Below are positions 56,712-64,000 of a stretch of 64,000 nt of DNA, piece after piece. The notes under the pieces are model-generated. The model was not told the DNA's origin, did no database searches, and saw nothing but the letters and a program-made list of their open reading frames with translations. The stretch is from Amoebidium appalachense (lineage: Eukaryota > Protista > Ichthyosporea): the NCBI GenBank assembly GCA_963693365.1, contig CAVNZM010000006.1:1240001-1304000 (forward strand). The letters run 5' to 3'. Made by a program: the position numbers and the translations under genes. How positions within the stretch are numbered: position 1 is the first letter of the stretch; each line of letters begins with the position of its first letter.

Positions 56712-56773
56712 AGGGAGAGGGAGAGGGAGAGAGAGAGAGAGATGTCCTCCTGTTTTTTTCTTTTTTTTTTTTT

Positions 56774-56805
<32 letters not shown>

Positions 56806-57319
56806 GGGAGAAGGTGGGGGGGGGGGGGGGGGGGGGGGAGGGGAGGGAGGGGGGGAAGGGGGGGGGGGGGGGGGGTTAGGGGAGTACAAGCCTTATGGGG
56901 TTTATTTCGTTGTAGGGATGCGCATTTGGGTGGGCACCCACTGGAAGTTAGTACATATGTAGCATGAGCTAAGACGGTTTTGTATAGACCAATAAGTCTT
57001 GCCTGAAGGTAGGTTTTAGCTGTTTATCTGTACTTGTACTTTTATTGTACATAAGAGGTGGTACGTTTTGTTTATTACTTTACAGAGTCTAATATGACTG
57101 TGACCACGCTTTTACTTGTATACATATAATAATCGATTATTCCTTCCAATGTGATTTGAATGTGACACTTGAGCCCCGGGCTCAGTGGCGAAGTCGCACC
57201 GTGGTCCGTGGAATTAGTATACTATCATACCAACTGGTTATCCTGAGTTGTACAAAACAAGCTCATGTCATACTCTGAGGCCGTATACAAATACGGGCTC
57301 TTCCCTCCCGAGTCCCCCC

Positions 57320-57394
<75 letters not shown>

Positions 57395-57650
57395 ATCCCC
57401 CCCAGCCCAATCCCTCCCCATCCCCCTCCCCCTCCCCCTGCACAGAGAAACGAAGTAAACTTCCCGGACTTCCTCGTTCTCACAGCTCGGAGGCTCACTG
57501 AATCGACTCAATATGACCCAGTGCGTACCACCAGGGTGGGATCCTTGCATGGGAGCAAGAATTAACGGCCAAATAAACGAGTTTATTCTCACCGTTAGAT
57601 CATAAATCAGAGGGCCAGATTTCCAAAAAGCAAAACAAGTTTACGTATAT

Positions 57651-58358
57651 GTGCGAACATGTAGAAATAATTTTTACACCCCGGAATCCGGAATGCCATT
57701 TCGCGCGCGCAAAGCTTACGATAGCCAATCATCGTGTGGTTCTAAAAATAACTTACAGAAAAACTGGTATGCTCAGCAGCAAGTTGGCGCTATGTGGGGC
57801 GATTTACACGAGAAGGCGAACAAGAGTTCGTTTACGCTGAACATACTCCAGAGACCGGCAGGCCCGCTATGTACACGAGACGGCCTGCATGCCTATGAGG
57901 CACTAAGATATCGATGCTTTGAAGTTACGGTGGGCCCACTGAAAGAGCTGCTTGCCCACCCATATTTAAGCTTCACTCGCGACCTTGCAGAGATGGAAGC
58001 AAACTGGCCTGTTGTTTTGAAAAGGCTCTCGCTTTTTATTGAGAGGGCTGCTGCAGCCCGCAAATCAGGAGATACGATTACATATGCATCACTTGATGCC
58101 GAGTGCAAGGCCCTGTGGGCACAGTGCCACAAGGATGCAGAAGTGTGGCACCAATTGGGTGCCATGGTGCCCAAGCTACAGGAGGACTTTATTCCTCGGC
58201 TACATGCAAAGTGTGGTAAATGTCTTTCTTTTCTATATTGGTATAATGTATTGATGTGCAGCCGGAGAGCAAACAATTGTTACCAGCTTGCCGCAGGCAT
58301 GGTGACAGAAATGTTTTGGATACGTATTAGCTTCCCGAGCGCACGAATCCACAGATAA
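57651..58358 (+). CDS. Hypothetical protein (helical, family not recognised; probably spliced near 58216)
   Basis: 235-aa non-repetitive ORF; likely donor gtaaat near 58216 and acceptor tgcag near 58261. Confidence 0.4.
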   Translation: MRTCRNNFYTPESGMPFRARKAYDSQSSCGSKNNLQKNWYAQQQVGAMWGDLHEKANKSSFTLNILQRPAGPLCTRDGLHAYEALRYRCFEVTVGPLKELLAHPYLSFTRDLAEMEANWPVVLKRLSLFIERAAAARKSGDTITYASLDAECKALWAQCHKDAEVWHQLGAMVPKLQEDFIPRLHAKCGKCLSFLYWYNVLMCSRRANNCYQLAAGMVTEMFWIRISFPSARIHR

Positions 58359-59253
58359 TGCAGTTTTTGACCACTTATAATACACCTGCACACGCACGCA
58401 CACGCAAATATGTCCGTGTGCAATTACCCCCCTCCCCTCCCCCTCCTACCCCCCCCCCCCCCCCCCCCCCCCACCCGCCATCATTTCCTTCTTTCCTCCT
58501 CCCCAACCTTCCCACCGCACACGCACATACAACGAATACAATTGCGACCCGGCAAATGGGCACCGTAGTAGCCGCACTAAGTACACATTAAAGCGGCATC
58601 AAAGAAAAAGGCGCACACATGCGTGCATATACACGGTGAGTGTGCGCACCACCAGCGCCAGTAACATCATGGCATCGTCAGCATGTTTAACTTACTAATT
58701 TATCACATTAACTAGTGAGTCGCACGGTGTTGATGTGTAAAATGCATTCAACTTGGAGCCCTATAACACAAATCACAAAGGAATTATGAAATCACACCCA
58801 CATCAAGACAAACACATTGCCTGTACACCATTCTGCTCAAAGATGTCCAGACACATTAGTAGCTCGTTTGGAAGGAGCGCTGTCAGATGGTAGTATGCAT
58901 GGTCTGTGTAGACCACAAGCAGAGCTGAACAGATCGATACCAACTAAAAGACTCAAAGAAAGGAGAAGAAACCAGTATATTGATATTGCTGCCTATTCTT
59001 TCTAACGAAAAAAAGCACCAAAGGCCAGAAATGGAATGCCTTTAATTAAAACACTTGCTAATACACCCATAACATATGTCCTTTTGACAGGTGGCCCGAA
59101 GGTAGTGGGAGGCTACATGTCTGCGGAGGCAAACCGTATCCGGCGGTGTATGGCAGGCAAGGATTCTCGTGGTGATGCAAGCAGGTTTTCTTTTTTTCAC
59201 AAAGTCTTGGAGGCTATATACTAAGCGCAACACCTATTTACAATACACTACCC

Positions 59254-61460
59254 ATTCAGAATAACACCACACCACTCCGTAGAAACACAATAACAACCAT
59301 GCCGAAACTTTCGGTTGATACAGTACTGGCAGAACTTGCCCTCGTTAAGAAACAGCTAAATGAGCTGTTACCACTCAAGAACATGATAGAAAAACTCCAA
59401 ACAGAAAATACCCAACTCAAGCTCACCATTGATTCACTCACAGCCCAGCTAAACATTAGTGGATCGCAAAACCCCAAAACTCATGAGCAAACATCTCGCG
59501 ACGGAGACATTTCCACCCCAACACAAAACAACACAGGACCGGAAGCACAGCTCCCGGCAGAGTTCCTAGAATATGCGAACTCTCGTAAAACACCCGAGCT
59601 CCGCCAAATTGCCAAGGAAACATATGCCAGCATTCTTGCAGGCAACGAGTACCGCCGCAACTCCCCTCCCAAACCGCCGGCTAAGGGGAACACCCAAGCA
59701 AACGGTAACATCAACATCCCACCCAAATACGAGAGGGTGTATTTCAAAGTCAAGCACGGCAGACGCCCACACAGGGCCATGTGGTCCATCTTCAAGGCTC
59801 TCGGCTTCCGGTGCTCTCGCATCCTTTGTCTGTCCTTCATTGGATACGATGTGCTGGAAGTAGCAGTACGGGGCGACTATAACCGTGCGTTCATCCGTGA
59901 CGCGACAAAGGGGTGTGGAAGCTTCTTCACCCACCTCCCAAGCTACGACCCATGCGCGCCGGAAAACATTCAGAAAGCAGACAAAGAACGTAAAGTGTCT
60001 GCTAAGAATGCGTGCGCCACACGTTGTCGTGTACGCATCAGCAAGGCAAAAGAGTTCCTCGCAAAGTTGGAAAACGATGCTACGAGCGTGATAGACACGG
60101 ACACGAAGGAACCAATGTTTTCTGGTGAGAAACTGCTCGAGCGCAAACGCCGATGCGAGATGGAAATCGAGCTCTTCTGCGAACTGTTCGCGCTGGCGGA
60201 AGGTCGTGCATACGACCCCGTAAGCGACAAGTGGGAACCAACCCCACAGGTGTCGGACCAAACCGATGCCTAATTTATCCTTCTTCTTCTGGAATGCTCG
60301 GACACTGGGCCCCCAAAAGGGCCTCCCCCCTGGGACACTCGACGATAAAATCAGCTACATACAACAACAGACAAACAACCACACGTTTACAGTGATTTGC
60401 GAAACACAGTTTAAAAACCACCACAAATTCAACTCTACATTGGTCGACACATCCACACACCCCGGTTACGCGAAAAACCGAGGCATTATTGTACTTGCCG
60501 CACCACACGTGAGAGTGAAGTGCAAACCGGTAGCAAAAACGGAATTCTCGGCTTCTATAGAGTTTCTTTCTAATGTTTTTACTTTTGTATATTACCCACC
60601 ATCTATGTCGGTTGTCGAATTGACTCACGAGTTGTCACAGTTACCAATGTCCACTGTTATTTTAGGTGATTTTAACACGCGACTCCACCACACAGACACA
60701 CTGCAAGTGAGTGTCGGGTACCCATCTAAGCCCCCGGAGCGTGCTATCCCTTTAGCAAGGTATGTCCAAAGTCACACTTTGCGGTTCCCTCAAATATCCC
60801 ATGCCCACAACACCGACTGGGGAGTGGCCTTTTGGCCATCAACCATGTCAAAACTCTCTCTCCCTCCTAACCTCTCTAGGTCATCTGACCACTCTCCTAT
60901 CCTTTTCCTACCTAAGATCTCCCTTGATCTGCTCCCCCCTCCCCCTCCCACCTTTCGCCTCCGTCTATCCCAGCTTAAGTCACAGTGGGGTAGAGTTGAT
61001 GTATGTGTATGCTATGCTACGAAACACCCTATATATATGCGCCTATTAGAATCTGCACAAGCCAGGCCAGATTCACATCTCGTACTAGATACATGCACTA
61101 ACTTTATTGTTGATGATTTGATAGATCTCGGTGATTATGCTGGCGGTGGTAGGAAGGAATATCCCGATGCTCTCTTGTTACCAAACACCACTCCCGCTAG
61201 ACTAGGTGAACCCCTGTCTCAAAAGGAAAGCTTGCGCCGGCTTGCTAGTATGAATCGATTTGGCCCCCCTGCTCGTATTATTGGTGATACCACTGGAGAC
61301 CCCCTAATAGACTCTGATAAGTATTTCTCGGAACTGTTTAAAGATAGGACCCCCGCTCAGAAACCTATTGTGTGGCCTGTAGACCCATCTATCCCCATAG
61401 AATCGATCCTCCCCTTTTTCAGTCCCGATGCCATATGGTCTGTGATATCTAGTTATAGCT
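59254..61460 (+). mobile_element. 3'-truncated non-LTR retrotransposon (second family)
   Basis: CATTCAG Inr-like start, ORF1, overlapping APE-containing ORF2 that breaks off before RT. Confidence 0.8.
59299..60273 (+). CDS. LINE ORF1 (N-terminal coiled coil; no CCHC knuckle), 324 aa
   Basis: Heptads LKNMIEKLQTENTQLKLTIDSL, TYASIL motif, LGFRCSRILCLSFIGYDVLEVAV block; overlaps ORF2 by 8 nt. Confidence 0.75.
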   Translation: MPKLSVDTVLAELALVKKQLNELLPLKNMIEKLQTENTQLKLTIDSLTAQLNISGSQNPKTHEQTSRDGDISTPTQNNTGPEAQLPAEFLEYANSRKTPELRQIAKETYASILAGNEYRRNSPPKPPAKGNTQANGNINIPPKYERVYFKVKHGRRPHRAMWSIFKALGFRCSRILCLSFIGYDVLEVAVRGDYNRAFIRDATKGCGSFFTHLPSYDPCAPENIQKADKERKVSAKNACATRCRVRISKAKEFLAKLENDATSVIDTDTKEPMFSGEKLLERKRRCEMEIELFCELFALAEGRAYDPVSDKWEPTPQVSDQTDA

Positions 61461-61468
61461 GTTCATAG
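60266..61468 (+). pseudogene. LINE ORF2 fragment: APE endonuclease plus linker, RT missing
   Basis: FWNARTL, ICET, YYPP, ILGDFN, SDHSPI motifs; ends at the start of the pre-RT region. Confidence 0.8.
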
Positions 61469-62134
61469 AAGCTAGTTCTAGTGCACGTTGTTCCTTCTGT
61501 AAGTCAGAAATGATTGCATCTTGTGAGGCCAACCTCTGCTCCAGTAGTTGGACTAGTTGCTGCAACTGTAAGTTGTCAGACATAGTGTCGTGTATGATGG
61601 GTAACTAGTCTATGTGTTTTGTGCACTGGAAACGACAGTAGAAAAGTGTAAATCAAACGTTCTGCTTCCCATGTTTGTGACATGGGAGGCACTGCTTTAT
61701 ATAGTCGTTGGCCACCTCATGGTGGCCTCGTGTGCACCCTGGTGGTGGGCCATGTACAGCATGGCCGAAAAGAGAGCACAATGAAAACAAGTCGTTAAAG
61801 ATATAAAAGTTAACTGTGCACGTTGAGTGGCTAGTTAACTTGCACTAAAGCACACAAATAAACGTGTTTAACACACCAATTGCAGTTAAACGTAAATCTT
61901 GCTTCACACAACTAAAAATATTCTGAGAATATCCGGGAATAAAGCACACTACCACTCTAAGAATAGAATCCTGTGGCAAATATAGACATGACATCATCTG
62001 AACCGGGAATATTAATTAATGAGCACAATTAGCACGTTGCTAGTGAAGCTCGTCATTGGTACAGTTTTGGCTCAAACATATAACTACCATATATGAATAT
62101 GACCGTAAACAAAAGCTCTATGCACTCGAGTGAG

Positions 62135-64000
62135 TGTTGAAACAGTTATTCAATTGCTCAGAAACTTTCTCTAACAGACATTGCTAGCCGGGAGTACCAG
62201 TGTACTCCAACACCCCTACTCAATTGGATAATTGTGGTATGAATTAATGCAACTGAGCTCGAGTGCTTCAGGTGCACAAAATACAGACAATAAAGATTCC
62301 CCTACTCAATTTTAGTATGGTACACGTAGTTGCACAGTCGGATGCAACTCTCTCCCCCCCCCTGAAGTATGAGGGCGCAGTTGGTTGATGACGGGTGCTC
62401 AGCACATGTTGAGCATCCCCACGGCCTTGGTGAAGAAAGAGGCAGACAGGGCCTTGGTGAACATGTCGGCCTTGTTGTCAGCAGAAGCCACCGGGACCAC
62501 AGTGATGTTGCCCAGCAGGTGATGTTCCTTGACGGAGCAGTAGCGGACGTCGATGTGCTTGGTCTTGGGCTTAACCCCCAGGGTGTCCAGCAGGGCCCGG
62601 GCAGACTCATTGTCCCCATGGATGGGCACCGGGGTGGGCTCATTGATAGGATTAAGGCCCAGGTCGTCCATCACATAGTTGAGCCATAGGGCCTCGTTCG
62701 TAGCAGCAGACATGGCCACAAATTCAGCCTCAGTGGAGCTGTGGGTGGTGATGGACTGGAGCCGAGACACCCAGGACACAGGGGAGGAGTTTATGAAGAA
62801 GACATAGCCCGTGGTGGAGCGCCGGGTGTCGCGGTCCTCGGCGTAGTCGGAGTCGGAGTAGCCAACAAGGTTGGGGGGGCCGGGACGGTAGACAATACCC
62901 AGGTCGATGGTGGCCAGCAGGTAGCTTACAACTCTGGTAGCCATAGTCCAGTGGGTGACGGTGGGCGCATGAATGTGTCGAGTAAGGACTCCCAGAGCCT
63001 GGGAAATGTCGGGGCGGGTGGTACGCGCAATCCACAGCAGGGCACCGACCAGGCTGGCATAGTCCTCCTTCTTGCTGTAGGCTGGGGTCTTGTTGCTTTC
63101 ACTGGCCTGGCCCGGGACGATGGGGGTCTTGGTGCCGGACATGTGGGTGAGACGAAAACGGGCAGCCAAGTCGATGATGTGTTGACGATGGCCCAGACGC
63201 AGAGACCCGTCCTCCAGCCAGGTAAGAGTGTGCCCGATGAGCAGGGTAGGACGACCCAGGTCCTTGGCAGAGAAACGAGCATCCAGCTTGGTGAAAAAAT
63301 CGTCGATGAGCGCATCAGTGGCGGCCGTCACGGTGAAGTCATCCACGTAGGCAGCAAGGGCAATAAATGTTGGGGTCCCGGCATTCTTGATGAACAGGCA
63401 CGGGTCAGCAGCACTCACAATGAAGCCTTGGTCGAGGAGATGGTCACGGAGGGCCTCATACCACTGGCGCGGTGCCTGTTTTAGGCCGTAGAGCGCCTTG
63501 TGGAGCAAGCCGACAGCATGGGGGGCCGAGGGGTTGACGAAGCCAGGGGGCTGCTCAATGTAGATGGTCTCGTTGACGGTGCCGTTGAGGAATGCTGTGT
63601 TGACGTCGATGTGGCGCAGAGGCAGACCTTGGGCCACGGAGGTAGCCAAAACCAGCCGGATGGTAGCCAGCGCAGCCACAGGTGACTCGGTGACGAAATA
63701 GTCCTGGCCAGGCTGCTGGTAGTTGCCCCGGGCCACAAGCCGGGCCTTGAAAGCAGTGACGTTGCCGACGTTGTCCTGCTTGACCGTAAAGACCCAGCCG
63801 ACCGGAATGACAGTGGAGCCATCCTCTGGACGGGGCACAAGGGTGAAGGTGCCGTTGTCTTCCAGGGCCTTGAGCTCACGGTGTGCAGCCTCCTCCCATT
63901 TCAGACGCTGGGGACTCTTGAGTGCAGCCCGGACAGTCTTGGGGACAACAATGGTGGAAGCCTTGATGGGTGTTGATGGAAGTAGAGTCCGCTGTGACTA
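62135..64000 (-). mobile_element. Ty1/copia LTR retrotransposon, 3' portion with PPT (62350-62363) and candidate 3' LTR (62135-62349)
   Basis: RT-RNase H ORF followed by a G-rich purine tract (AGGGGGGGGGAGAG) and a ~215-bp segment AGTTG...TTTCAACA. Confidence 0.85.
62399..63997 (-). CDS. Copia reverse transcriptase + RNase H
   Basis: PKTVRAALKSP..W, KARLVARG, DVNTAFLNG, ALYGLKQAPRQW, YVDD, YSDSDYA, SSTEAE, KHIDVRYC, ADMFTK. The frame is open to an in-frame TAG at 63998-64000. Confidence 0.92.
   Translation of the reverse strand, partial: SQRTLLPSTPIKASTIVVPKTVRAALKSPQRLKWEEAAHRELKALEDNGTFTLVPRPEDGSTVIPVGWVFTVKQDNVGNVTAFKARLVARGNYQQPGQDYFVTESPVAALATIRLVLATSVAQGLPLRHIDVNTAFLNGTVNETIYIEQPPGFVNPSAPHAVGLLHKALYGLKQAPRQWYEALRDHLLDQGFIVSAADPCLFIKNAGTPTFIALAAYVDDFTVTAATDALIDDFFTKLDARFSAKDLGRPTLLIGHTLTWLEDGSLRLGHRQHIIDLAARFRLTHMSGTKTPIVPGQASESNKTPAYSKKEDYASLVGALLWIARTTRPDISQALGVLTRHIHAPTVTHWTMATRVVSYLLATIDLGIVYRPGPPNLVGYSDSDYAEDRDTRRSTTGYVFFINSSPVSWVSRLQSITTHSSTEAEFVAMSAATNEALWLNYVMDDLGLNPINEPTPVPIHGDNESARALLDTLGVKPKTKHIDVRYCSVKEHHLLGNITVVPVASADNKADMFTKALSASFFTKAVGMLNMC

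Noticed and set aside
61460-62346. A ~890-bp copia LTR starting at TG 61460
   Set aside because: No terminal inverted match; a better LTR end lies at 62135, and the interval holds a separate promoter and ORF fragment.
63990-64000. gtgacta at the window end matching the MITE right terminus
   Set aside because: Only 7 bp match and the adjacent sequence is copia coding frame; it cannot be evaluated at the edge.

Overview
Eukaryotic nuclear DNA. Introns are packed with poly-G/C, (CA)n and (GA)n tracts, so most of the supplied ORF track is microsatellite noise. A unicellular opisthokont source is my inference from gene content. Host genes assembled by hand: a WCPPC nucleoredoxin-like gene (3 coding exons, -), an intronless two-PDZ syntenin-like gene (-), a ~23-exon mitochondrial aconitase-family gene with the LKYKGHL signature of fungal Aco2 homocitrate dehydratase (-), and a divergently transcribed ~11-exon RanBP3/Yrb2-like gene (+). 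The standout feature is a ~15.9 kb, apparently young non-LTR retrotransposon (4-knuckle ORF1; APE-RT-RNase H-CCHC ORF2). Its ORF2 carries a ~6.1 kb in-frame array of ~28 copies of a 72-aa Gln/Pro-rich unit between endonuclease and RT, giving a ~4,100-aa protein if three homopolymer frameshifts are assembly errors. Also present: two 363-bp TAG...CTA MITEs with 9-bp TSDs (AcademH-like), five copies of a short intronic repeat that always ends in poly-C, a second truncated LINE, and the 3' part of a Ty1/copia element.
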